The notes under the pieces are model-generated. The model was not told the origin of the DNA and searched no databases. It was given only the letters and a program-made list of their open reading frames with translations. The translations under genes were made by a program, and so were the position numbers. From positions 168,820 to 232,819 of the forward strand of contig JAQTYI010000001.1 of the NCBI GenBank assembly GCA_028688325.1: a DNA stretch of 64,000 nt, read 5' to 3'. The DNA comes from Candidatus Portnoybacteria bacterium (lineage in GTDB: Bacteria > Patescibacteriota > Minisyncoccia > Portnoybacterales > GWB1-42-6). This document shows positions 1 to 8,192 of this stretch, in pieces. Every line of letters starts with the position of its first letter. The stretch's first letter is position 1.

Positions 1-3000
1 GTGGAAGTGCCGAGTTTGAAAACATTATCCAAAGACGGATTGATGTCTCCGGCAAAAACCGCCGTGCCGCCATTTAAGATGCTCAAAAAAGTCGAGGTGG
101 CCGAAAGCGCGTCGGAAGAAGTGCCGATGTAAAAATTACCGCCTTGAGAGCTCAAAAACCAATGCTTGTCGTCGGCACCGGCCGAGTAGTCCGAAAGAAC
201 AAGCGAGGGACGCGTGCCGGAAATTTGCAATTTCCAATTGGGAGTGCTCGTGCCAATCCCCACATTCCCGTTGGCCGAAACCGTCAAAGTTGAAGTGGCC
301 TGCCAAGCCGAGTCCTGATAGGTCAAGGTCTGGCCTTGGGTGCCGACGGGCAAGGTGTCCACTCCTATTGTGAATAAAGTTGAGGTGCTCACCCATTCGG
401 TGGCCGAGCCGGTGGATTTGAGAATGTAGCCGTTGGCGCCGGCCGAAGACAAGCTGTCGTAGAGGCCGCCGGTCAGGGCGAAGTTGCCCGAGACCGAGAA
501 CTTCTGGTAAGGCGAGGAGGTGGCAACGCCGATGTTGCCGGTGTTGTTTATCGTCAGATAAGTTGAAGTGGCATTAAGCGCATCGGTGGAGGTGCCTATG
601 AAAAGATTGCCACCCATGGAAGAAAACAGCCAGTGCTTGTCGTTAATTCCGGCGGACATATCGGATAAAGCAAAAAATGTTTTGGTGGAAGAAGCGACCT
701 GAAAATTCCAGGCCGGAGTCGTTGTGCCAATCCCGATCGCTCCGGAAACATCAATTCTCATCCGCTCGGAGCCGCCGGTGAAAAACTTTAATTGGTCGTT
801 GTCCGCGCCGGCCGAATCTTCAGCCGTGATTTTTGTGTCCTGGTCAACATCAATCACTCCGCCCAGAGATCCCCAGGAGGAAGCGCCGTAGCCCTCAAAT
901 TGCTGGGTCTGTGAATTATAGCGAATAATGCCGCTGGTCAAAGAACCGGGCCGCTGGGCGGTGGTGCCCACGGGAATGACAAGGCCGTCTGTGGCGTCAA
1001 TATGCAAAGCGGTCTTGGGGGTGGTCGTGCCAACACCCAGATTTCCGCCGATAAGCGTTAAGTTTCCCCCCGACACCGCCAAGCCGGCTTTGGCCGAGAG
1101 CAGGCCAGAAAAAGAGCCGCCGGTGGCGGCAATGGAACCGGCGAAGGTGGAATCGGTGATGGTGGCGCCGGAGATAGCAACGCCGCTCAACTGATCAATT
1201 TTTTGCGACGACGACCAAGAATAAAAATTATTGGTGGTGTAAGAATTGCTCTGGGAGACGGCGGAACTTTGGCTGCTGCTGACCAGAGCCAAAATTTTTG
1301 TCTCCAGCGAAGCCATGTCGCTCGCCTTGGCATAGTCGCCGGGCGGCAAAACTTGCGTAATTTTTTCTATGCGCTGGACATACTGGATCGTTTGGCCATC
1401 CGGGCTGCCGACGATAATCGGCGGAAAACTCGGCTGCAACGCTTGCAATTTTTGCAAAGCGTTAATTTCGTCGTTCAAAGAAATGCTGAACTGCAATTCG
1501 TTCATTGTCACTTTTAGCTTATTGACTTCCCGGCGCATATCGTCGATGGCGATAAAATATTCTTTGTCGCCCGGCGACAAAGAGGGCATTGGCGGCGCAA
1601 CGGCGATGTGCCTGTAAAACAACGGGTCTATTTCCCGCGCCAATTGTCCGTAGTGGGTTAAATTATAAAAAACAAGAATGGCTTGGCGGCCCGCGCTGGT
1701 CGCGCTGTCGCCGGCGAATGCCAGGCCTTTGTTGATAATGCCGCCGAGATAATCCATCGCGTCCACCAAAACTTCGCCGGCGGCTTGCGGCCAAGAAACA
1801 ACCGGCTTCACCCCGTTCCAAACCGCCAGGCCGGTGTTGTTTATCGCGTCCCCGGATTTCTGGCTGATAACTAAATATTTGTCGTATGCCAGCGACGGCC
1901 ATTCCGTTATGCCGCCAAAAAAATTCCTGGCGGCCGAAGCTATTTTCAAGCTGGCGCGCGAAAAAATTTCTCCCAGATTATCTTTTGCCTGCTCGTTCTT
2001 TCTGTCCAAATTTAAATATGCGTCTTTCACGAAGGCCGGCCAGGCGGCGGCTCTGATTTCGATGTCGGCGATTTTATTTTGCGCGCCCTGGCCGGCCGAT
2101 GCGGTAAAGCCGGAAATGCTCCGTCCGGCTTCCTGAGCAAATTCAACTGCGGCCAAAGGCGCGTTCAAAATGTCGTTCAACAATAAATCCTGATTTTCAA
2201 CCGAACTGATGGAAACGGTCAATCGGCCAAACCGATGAACTGATGAATTGATGAACTGATGAATTGACTCGCCTGTTTGCTCCACCTGCCATGCTAATTC
2301 TTCTCCCGCGCCGGCCAAAGAATCGATTGCGCTCGCGCCGCCATCAACTAAAATCTCCGCTGAATTTTTTATTTCATTCTTAAATTTTTCTCCTTCTTTT
2401 TCATAAAGGCCCGCTTCGTTCTGTTCCTCCCTTTCGTAAAGGGAGGTTAGGAGGGATTTAGTATTCCATAAAACGCCGCTGATTTTTTCCGGTCCATCAA
2501 TAATTATCCTTCCCGCATTTTCCAGAACGGCTGCCGTCTTTTGAGTTATTGCTTCCTGCGCCTGCGGCAGAAACCAGGCGCCCGCCATCAGCAAAACCGT
2601 CAGCATTGCCAGCCGCAACGGCCTTAATTCCTCGCGGACCAGATGCGGCGCCACGCGCGCAATTTTCAACGCTTCTTCAAGCGCCTTGCATCTTAAATAA
2701 AATTTTATACAGGCCTCGCGCGATGCACCGGCGATTTTTTCAAAACCGGCGCCCAGCGCGGCCAGCGGCCAAAGCAGCGCCGCCAAGACCGCGAAGAAAA
2801 CTTTTCCACCCCCCTCCTTTAAATAAAGGAGGGGGGTGGAGGATTTAATTTCCTCCCTCCCCTGCAAAGGGTTCGCCTCGCTCTCGCGCAAGCGAGACGA
2901 GGAGGGTGGGGTGAGATTTAATTCTTGAACTTCCGCCGCTTCAATCTTTTTTTCACTGCCGCGTTTCTGCTCTTTGAAGTTTTGCACCCTCGCCAAATAT

Positions 3001-3356
3001 TCGTCCACCCAATCATTGGTGGTCATCCAGTTGCGGCCGATTTTTTTGGCTCGAAGTTTGCCTTGGCGCACGCGCAAGCTCAAATACTCCTGTGAATATT
3101 TAGCGCGCCTTGACGCTTCCTGCAAAGAAATGAGGCCGCCTTTCTTTTCTTTTTTGTTTTTTGCAGAAAACTGCGATTGGACCTTCGCCGAATATTCGTC
3201 CAGCCATTCCCGGGTGGTCATCCAATCCCGTCCGATCTTTTTGGCTTTTAATTTTCCCCTCCTGGCGCGCAAACTCAAATACTCCTGCGAATAAGGAGTT
3301 AACTCGCTGGCTTCCGCCAAAGAAAGGTAATTATTTTTTTGATCCGCTTGTTCCAT
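1..3356 (-). CDS. Giant partial ORF (more than 1118 aa) that continues past the window start. It has two tandem excisionase/MerR-like HTH domains at the N-terminus, hydrophobic segments, and a long extracellular-looking region with tail-fibre-like GIGTTTP/GNVGIGT repeats.
   Basis: The minus-strand frame was checked codon by codon and is open from position 3431 down to 1. The ATG at 3356..3354 gives MEQADQKNNYLSLAEASELTPYSQEYLSLRARRGKLKAKKIGRDWMTTREWLDEY; this HTH unit is duplicated about 70 aa later. Hydrophobic stretches follow (VFFAVLAALLWPLAALGAGF and LAMLTVLLMAGAWFLP). Downstream there are Ser/Thr/Gly-rich repeats such as GNLGVGTTTPKTALHIDATDGL, GAIGIGTTTPAWNFQVASS and GNVGIGTSTPNWKLQISG. 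The six-frame track missed this ORF because it runs off the window edge. Confidence 0.6.
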   Translation of the reverse strand, partial: MEQADQKNNYLSLAEASELTPYSQEYLSLRARRGKLKAKKIGRDWMTTREWLDEYSAKVQSQFSAKNKKEKKGGLISLQEASRRAKYSQEYLSLRVRQGKLRAKKIGRNWMTTNDWVDEYLARVQNFKEQKRGSEKKIEAAEVQELNLTPPSSSRLRESEANPLQGREEIKSSTPLLYLKEGGGKVFFAVLAALLWPLAALGAGFEKIAGASREACIKFYLRCKALEEALKIARVAPHLVREELRPLRLAMLTVLLMAGAWFLPQAQEAITQKTAAVLENAGRIIIDGPEKISGVLWNTKSLLTSLYEREEQNEAGLYEKEGEKFKNEIKNSAEILVDGGASAIDSLAGAGEELAWQVEQTGESIHQFINSSVHRFGRLTVSISSVENQDLLLNDILNAPLAAVEFAQEAGRSISGFTASAGQGAQNKIADIEIRAAAWPAFVKDAYLNLDRKNEQAKDNLGEIFSRASLKIASAARNFFGGITEWPSLAYDKYLVISQKSGDAINNTGLAVWNGVKPVVSWPQAAGEVLVDAMDYLGGIINKGLAFAGDSATSAGRQAILVFYNLTHYGQLAREIDPLFYRHIAVAPPMPSLSPGDKEYFIAIDDMRREVNKLKVTMNELQFSISLNDEINALQKLQALQPSFPPIIVGSPDGQTIQYVQRIEKITQVLPPGDYAKASDMASLETKILALVSSSQSSAVSQSNSYTTNNFYSWSSSQKIDQLSGVAISGATITDSTFAGSIAATGGSFSGLLSAKAGLAVSGGNLTLIGGNLGVGTTTPKTALHIDATDGLVIPVGTTAQRPGSLTSGIIRYNSQTQQFEGYGASSWGSLGGVIDVDQDTKITAEDSAGADNDQLKFFTGGSERMRIDVSGAIGIGTTTPAWNFQVASSTKTFFALSDMSAGINDKHWLFSSMGGNLFIGTSTDALNATSTYLTINNTGNIGVATSSPYQKFSVSGNFALTGGLYDSLSSAGANGYILKSTGSATEWVSTSTLFTIGVDTLPVGTQGQTLTYQDSAWQATSTLTVSANGNVGIGTSTPNWKLQISGTRPSLVLSDYSAGADDKHWFLSSQGGNFYIGTSSDALSATSTFLSILNGGTAVFAGDINPSLDNVFKLGTS

Positions 3357-3701
3357 CTGCCTTTTCTGATATCCGATATCCCGAATATTTAGAATTTTTG
3401 AGTTCGGATGTCGGATATCGCCGAATTTGATTTAATTAATTTTTACAAAATAAAAAACCCGCGAGACGATTAGTCCCCTTCGGGTTTTTCGCGAAATACC
3501 GGTTGTTTTTTTCTGTCTTTATTGTATGCTTTTTTCGAAATAGGTGTCAATGCGGATATATTGTGCGCGCAGCATATCCGATATATGCGCATCCATACAA
3601 CCGATATGATACTGAAAAATCCCCAAAACAAGCCAAAAAACGCATATTGCGACATTCGTGCATTTTTTATCTTTTTTATTCATAGAAACCTCTTCTTTAA
3701 C

Positions 3702-3710
3702 TTATCCACA
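3702..3710 (+). promoter_or_regulatory. Perfect DnaA box TTATCCACA.
   Basis: Exact 9-mer consensus. Confidence 0.5.
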
Positions 3711-3746
3711 AGCGCTTTAAAAAAATAAATATTTTTTTGCTTTGCC

Positions 3747-3755
3747 TGTGGATAA
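3747..3755 (-). promoter_or_regulatory. Perfect DnaA box (TGTGGATAA on the plus strand).
   Basis: Exact reverse-complement consensus. Confidence 0.5.
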
Positions 3756-4018
3756 AAAAATGCTTTTCTTGATAAACCGATATGCCGTTTTTTGGCTTAA
3801 AATAAGCATTTTTCGCTGTATCGGTTTTTTTATGATTTTTTATCCGATACGCCGGGCTTGACAAGATTTTAAAAAAACCTAAAATGAAAGCAGGACAATA
3901 AGTCCGGATTTCTAACAGACGGCCCCGCTTCGGCGGGGTTTTCTGTTTCACCGCGCCGAAGCTCGCAGCAATAACGGAGATGCGGAGGCGGGTTTTTCTA
4001 TTTCCGGTAAAAGTATCC

Positions 4019-4070
4019 GATGTCCGACATCCCGGATATTAAGGATCCCAAACCCCGGATGTCGGACATC
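4019..4070. repeat. GATGTCCGACATC-type hairpin repeat.
   Basis: GATGTCCGACATC-CCGGATATTAAGGATCCCAAACCCCG-GATGTCGGACATC. Confidence 0.7.
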
Positions 4071-4205
4071 ATAGAATGATACCGCTTACTTAAGATGACG
4101 CACCTCGCCGCCCTACAAATCTATCGCTTAACTATTTTCTATTGATTATAAAAACCCGCCTAATGGCGGGTTTTTGATTCTCAATTTATCGCTCTATTCT
4201 CTTTT

Positions 4206-4451
4206 TTAAAAGATATCTATCTTTCTTGCGGCCTTCTTGGCCCTGCTGCCTTCAAGCTGCCTCAGAAATGCTTCTATTTGGTCTAAGCGGTAAACTCTGT
4301 AGTTATTGCTTGGATGGCGGTATGCTTTCAACTTTCCCGCCTTATCCCAGTTGCGCAATGTCAAAGGAGTCACATGAAGAAGCTTTGCCGCATTATTTAT
4401 CATTAAATATTTCTGCATCTTTATTTTTTTCCGTTTTTTATTGATTATCAA
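4206..4451 (-). CDS. Small excisionase/MerR-like helix-turn-helix DNA-binding protein.
   Basis: The 81-aa ORF contains AAKLLHVTPLTLRNWDKAGKLKAYRHPSNNYRVYRLDQIEAFL, an HTH_17/excisionase-type motif. It sits inside the AT-rich non-coding block that carries DnaA boxes. Confidence 0.55.
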   Translation of the reverse strand: MIINKKRKKIKMQKYLMINNAAKLLHVTPLTLRNWDKAGKLKAYRHPSNNYRVYRLDQIEAFLRQLEGSRAKKAARKIDIF

Positions 4452-4508
4452 TGTTTATCAATGTTGTTTACTCTTATTTTATCTTTTTTATGATAACTGT
4501 CAATACCG

Positions 4509-4517
4509 TTATCCACA
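4509..4517 (+). promoter_or_regulatory. Perfect DnaA box TTATCCACA.
   Basis: Exact 9-mer consensus. Confidence 0.5.
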
Positions 4518-4613
4518 AAAAATACCCAAACAGCCATTCTATGCCCACACTATAAACATTGATAAAACATTTTTTAAACAACCATAAACATTCATACCAT
4601 TTTATCCTATTTT

Positions 4614-4697
4614 GATGTCCGACATCCCCCGCCTACGCCATACGGCTACGGCGGACAGGCAAATATTAATAATTTCTGATTTCGGATGTCGGACATC
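4614..4697. repeat. GATGTCCGACATC-type hairpin repeat (long loop).
   Basis: GATGTCCGACATC at 4614..4626 and GATGTCGGACATC at 4685..4697. Confidence 0.65.
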
Positions 4698-4867
4698 ATT
4701 AAATTATTCCCGCGGTTTTACCGCTCTTACCCCGCAAACCACCGTCTCGTATAACTTTGGACGCCCATTTTTTGACATTGAGTCATTGGGCATTCATTGG
4801 AAATTAGCCATTTGCCATTGGGATTTAAAAGCAAGAACGCGGGTTATTTTTATGATACTATTATACT

Positions 4868-5623
4868 ATGAGTCGCGCATCAAAACATCTCAAAGCTATT
4901 CTCAGCTGGTGCCTTGACCTTATCTTCCCCCGCTCGTGCCTGGGCTGCGGCCAAGACGGCTCCTACCTATGCCGAGATTGCCGCGACTCTCTGCCGATTG
5001 CCAGCTGCGCCAATTGCCCTTTTTGCGGCCGCCGCTCGCCCTTGGGATACGCCTGCCAAAAATGCCGCCGGCAGCATCATTCTTCTATCTCGGGAATTCT
5101 GATCGCCTCCGACTGGAATAATTTATTGCTTCGGCAAATAATTTACGAATACAAATACCGATTCGTCAAAGAGCTGGCCGATCCGCTTTCAAACCTGGCG
5201 ACAAATTTTTTAGAACGGATTGATTTTATTAAAACGCTGAGGTGCTCCGAAACCGAGATAATCGTCATTCCCGTTCCGCTGCATAAAAAACGCTTTGCTT
5301 GGCGGGGGTTCAACCAATCAGAACTGCTGGCGCAACAAATCAGTAGAAAATTTAATACGGCCGTAAATAACGACATTTTAATTCGCTCCCGCCACGCGCT
5401 TCCCCAAAGAGAGGTGGCGGATAAAAAAGCTCGGGCTGCCAACATCAAAAACGCTTTCGCGCTGTCGCCAAAATTAAATTTGAATGATGATGCCATAAAA
5501 AATAAAATTATTATTCTGGTCGACGACATCTGCACCACCGGCTCAACCTTTCAAGATTGCGCGCGGGCGCTGGCGCCGCTTAAACCCAAAGAAATCTGGG
5601 GGCTGGTCATCGCCAGAGGATAG
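4868..5623 (+). CDS. comF: ComF family protein: double zinc-ribbon followed by a phosphoribosyltransferase-like domain.
   Basis: The N-terminus has CLGCGQDGSYLCRDC...CANCPFCGRR...CQKC. The C-terminus has the PRTase motif IILVDDICTTGST. Confidence 0.75.
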   Translation: MSRASKHLKAILSWCLDLIFPRSCLGCGQDGSYLCRDCRDSLPIASCANCPFCGRRSPLGYACQKCRRQHHSSISGILIASDWNNLLLRQIIYEYKYRFVKELADPLSNLATNFLERIDFIKTLRCSETEIIVIPVPLHKKRFAWRGFNQSELLAQQISRKFNTAVNNDILIRSRHALPQREVADKKARAANIKNAFALSPKLNLNDDAIKNKIIILVDDICTTGSTFQDCARALAPLKPKEIWGLVIARG

Positions 5624-5727
5624 GGATAGCTCCGGCGCCGCGGTTGGATTATCTTCTTTTTATTTGCTATCATGCCTATGAAAGGCCGGATGAAAAATCC
5701 GCACTAAATGCATCCGGCGCAAAAATT

Positions 5728-6051
5728 ATGAAAAAGATAAAAAGGAATCCCGAAATCGCCTGGAGAGAAGAAGAAGAGATGAGAAATAAAGTGGAAGAGA
5801 TTTTAAAACAGGGAGGAGAAACAGAAGAAGTGAGCAAAAAAGGGACCGTAACGCTTGTTTACTCTGGAGCGATGCATCAGTTGAATCTCTTGGGAGGAGA
5901 AATCTGGAAGCTATGCGACGGAACTCGGACGGAGGAAGAAATCGGAGAAGAATTATTAAAAACATTCGATGCCGAACGGGATATTATCTTAAAAGATCTC
6001 AAAGAATTCATCCTGGACCTTCAAAATAAGAAATGGCTTTTTTATGAATAA
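5728..6051 (+). CDS. PqqD-family peptide chaperone (RiPP recognition element).
   Basis: The stretch VTLVYSGAMHQLNLLGGEIWKLCDGTRTEEEIGEELLKTFDAERDIILKDLKEFILDLQNKKWL matches the PqqD fold pattern. Its stop overlaps the start of the next gene (ATGAATAA). The track ORF begins at a TTG at 5644; the ATG at 5728 is preferred. Confidence 0.65.
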   Translation: MKKIKRNPEIAWREEEEMRNKVEEILKQGGETEEVSKKGTVTLVYSGAMHQLNLLGGEIWKLCDGTRTEEEIGEELLKTFDAERDIILKDLKEFILDLQNKKWLFYE

Positions 6052-7054
6052 AAACACTCCCGCCATGATGCCATTGGCGGCCAATTGGGCGCTAACCGTA
6101 AGATGCAATTTCAACTGCAACCACTGCTACTCTCGGACGGATAGCAGCCCCGAATTGGCTTTGAAAGAGATAAAAGTCATCGTTGACAAATTAGTCCGTT
6201 CCCGTGTTCTTTTTGTGAACTTTGGCGGAGGCGAACCGCTGCTGCGAAAAGACTTGTTTGAAATTGCAAACTACGCGAAACGCCGAGGATTGCACATCTC
6301 TATGAACTCGAACGGATCTTTAATAACGAAAGCGGCGGCGAAAAATATAAAAGAATCCGGTTTTCGCCAGGTCGGAATAAGCATGGATAGCCATCTGTCC
6401 GGGATACACGATAAATTCAGAAACGCTCCGGGAAGCCATAAAAAAGCGATCGCAGCAATAGGCCGCCTGAAAAAGGCCGGCATCGAAGTCAGCGTTTCAT
6501 CGGTGATATGCAAGATCAATCACACTAATTTCGAAAAGATCATCGCTCTCGCCAAGAAATTAAAAGTTAATAAGATAAATCTGCACAACTACAAGTGCGG
6601 CGGCCGGGAGTTCGCCAATCGCGACAACCTTGATCTGTCGCCAGAGGAATGGCGCGATTTTTACGGCAAAGTCCTCGAGATAAAAAGCCGAGAAAAAGAA
6701 ATGGATATTTCCCTGGACGACCCGATAATCGCCTCGCTGAAAAATACGGAAAATAAATCTTTGGTGCAAGGGAGCATCTGCGGAAAGCTGTCTTTTTATA
6801 TCAAGTCCAACGGAGATATGACTCCGTGCGGCTTCATTCCTACAAAGATAGGAAATATTCTGACGGACTCCTTTAAAGAAGCATGGGAGAGCTCGCCGAT
6901 ATTACATACAATGAGAAACAAAGAGCCGAAAGGCAAATGCAAGAAATGCAAATTTTTCACTTCTTGCATCGGAGGTTGCACCGCAAGGGCGTATGCCATA
7001 AGCGGCGACTTCAACTCACCTGACCCTCATTGCTGGTATGAGCCGAAAAATTAG
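6044..7054 (+). CDS. Radical SAM protein with a C-terminal SPASM domain (PqqE/MftC/AlbA-like peptide maturase).
   Basis: CNFNCNHC is the CxxxCxxC SAM-cluster motif. GGGEPLL is present. The C-terminus has the Cys-rich SPASM region CGKLSF...CGFIP...CKKCKFFTSCIGGCTARAY...CW. Confidence 0.85.
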   Translation: MNKNTPAMMPLAANWALTVRCNFNCNHCYSRTDSSPELALKEIKVIVDKLVRSRVLFVNFGGGEPLLRKDLFEIANYAKRRGLHISMNSNGSLITKAAAKNIKESGFRQVGISMDSHLSGIHDKFRNAPGSHKKAIAAIGRLKKAGIEVSVSSVICKINHTNFEKIIALAKKLKVNKINLHNYKCGGREFANRDNLDLSPEEWRDFYGKVLEIKSREKEMDISLDDPIIASLKNTENKSLVQGSICGKLSFYIKSNGDMTPCGFIPTKIGNILTDSFKEAWESSPILHTMRNKEPKGKCKKCKFFTSCIGGCTARAYAISGDFNSPDPHCWYEPKN

Positions 7055-7133
7055 GCGTTCGCCGATTTAATGACGCTGCGGTTGAAGAAAAAGGTCCCAT
7101 GGATTATAATATCAATGAAAGGAGGTGCGTTTT

Positions 7134-7193
7134 ATGAAGATAAAATATATTCAACCGAAAATAGTCGGGAGTTCCAGTATTCATCCTTGCTGA
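7134..7193 (+). CDS. Candidate 19-aa precursor peptide MKIKYIQPKIVGSSSIHPC.
   Basis: The ATG at 7134 is preceded by AAAGGAGGTG at a 7-nt spacing, a consensus Shine-Dalgarno. The ORF lies in the 163-nt gap between the two SPASM genes and ends with a single C-terminal Cys. There is no other support. Confidence 0.3.
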   Translation: MKIKYIQPKIVGSSSIHPC

Positions 7194-7217
7194 TGATATC
7201 CTGCTGAACGAACAATT

Positions 7218-8156
7218 ATGCCAATGAATTTGAGCGCGCCCATTCGGGTGTATTGGGATGTGCGCGCCGATATTAATACTGAAAAACCGGCAAGCGGCGC
7301 CGAAAAAACCGTTATCGCCATTTTGGAAAGATTAACGCGGGAAAAAATATTCTATTTATCGATTTCGGGATGGGAGAATATATCCTATGAGGCGTTGCGC
7401 GAAATGCTGCCCGGCTTGGATAAAAACGGCATCTCGGTCTCGTTGATGCTTTCGGGCGGAAAAACACTCCCCGAAAACGAATTACTTTTACACGCAAGTT
7501 ATGCAAAAGAATTCGTTTTTGAAATAGATTCTGAAAAAGATTTGACGAAGTTATCTTCGCTTCAGAAAATATTAAAAAAAACACCGGCAAGAATAAGCGT
7601 TTCCATATATCCGCATGAAGGAAATTACGGCCGAATCCCTTCGATCATCGAATATTACGCAAAAAATGGAGTCCAAAATTTCATTATTCCGGCTCCCGGG
7701 ATCGCCGACAAGTCCAAAATCTCCGCACGCGACCATTCCCTCAGGGAGAAAATAGCACGCGCTATTAACAGCTCCCCTTCCTCGCGGAACGGTACCCTGA
7801 ATTTTATCGTCCACGATCCCTTTTTGTGGAAGCTGCTCGACCCAAGGTGTTTTGAAAATAAAAAGATGACTTTTGAAGGATGCCAAGCGGCTGATTCGAT
7901 AGCTTATATTGATTTTAAGGGCGATGTCTTTCCCTGCTTGTTGCTGCCAATAAGATTGGGCAATCTGCTCCAAGACAGTTTAAAGGAAATATGGTCGTCG
8001 AAAGAAAGGAAAGCTGTCAGAAAAAAGATAGAAGACATTCCTGAAAATTGTAAAAAATGTTCCCGGCTCTCGGAATGCAACGGCGGGTGCAGGGGCTTAT
8101 CATTATTGATCAACAATAATATCTGTTCGAAAGACCCAACCTGTCCCGTTTGTTGA
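7218..8156 (+). CDS. SPASM-domain protein related to radical SAM enzymes but lacking the CxxxCxxC SAM-cluster motif (degenerate rSAM paralog).
   Basis: The C-terminus carries CQAADSIAYIDFKGDVFPC...CKKCSRLSECNGGCRG...CSKDPTCPVC, a 7-Cys SPASM-like motif. The N-terminal barrel region (VYWDVRADINTEK, LSISGWEN) has no Cys triad. Confidence 0.6.
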   Translation: MPMNLSAPIRVYWDVRADINTEKPASGAEKTVIAILERLTREKIFYLSISGWENISYEALREMLPGLDKNGISVSLMLSGGKTLPENELLLHASYAKEFVFEIDSEKDLTKLSSLQKILKKTPARISVSIYPHEGNYGRIPSIIEYYAKNGVQNFIIPAPGIADKSKISARDHSLREKIARAINSSPSSRNGTLNFIVHDPFLWKLLDPRCFENKKMTFEGCQAADSIAYIDFKGDVFPCLLLPIRLGNLLQDSLKEIWSSKERKAVRKKIEDIPENCKKCSRLSECNGGCRGLSLLINNNICSKDPTCPVC

Positions 8157-8192
8157 GCGCCCATAAATCATAATTGAAACAATAAATAAAAT

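Noticed and set aside
136-2136. Several short ORFs on both strands (136..396, 928..1194, 1203..1517, 1369..1617, 1663..1902, 1834..2136) within the first 2 kb.
   Set aside because: All lie inside, and out of frame with, the single uninterrupted minus-strand reading frame that spans 1..3431. The protein content of the short ORFs is low-complexity and typical of off-frame translation.
2974-3294. Plus-strand ORF with an internal duplication (AKYSSTQSLVVIQLRPIFLA twice).
   Set aside because: It is the antisense of the two tandem excisionase-like HTH units of the giant minus-strand ORF. The duplication is real, but the coding strand is the opposite one.
3697-3951. Minus-strand 84-aa ORF and other small ORFs (3470..3728) in the AT-rich block.
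   Set aside because: AT-driven open frames with no ribosome-binding site. They overlap the DnaA boxes, so the region is better explained as non-coding origin or regulatory DNA.
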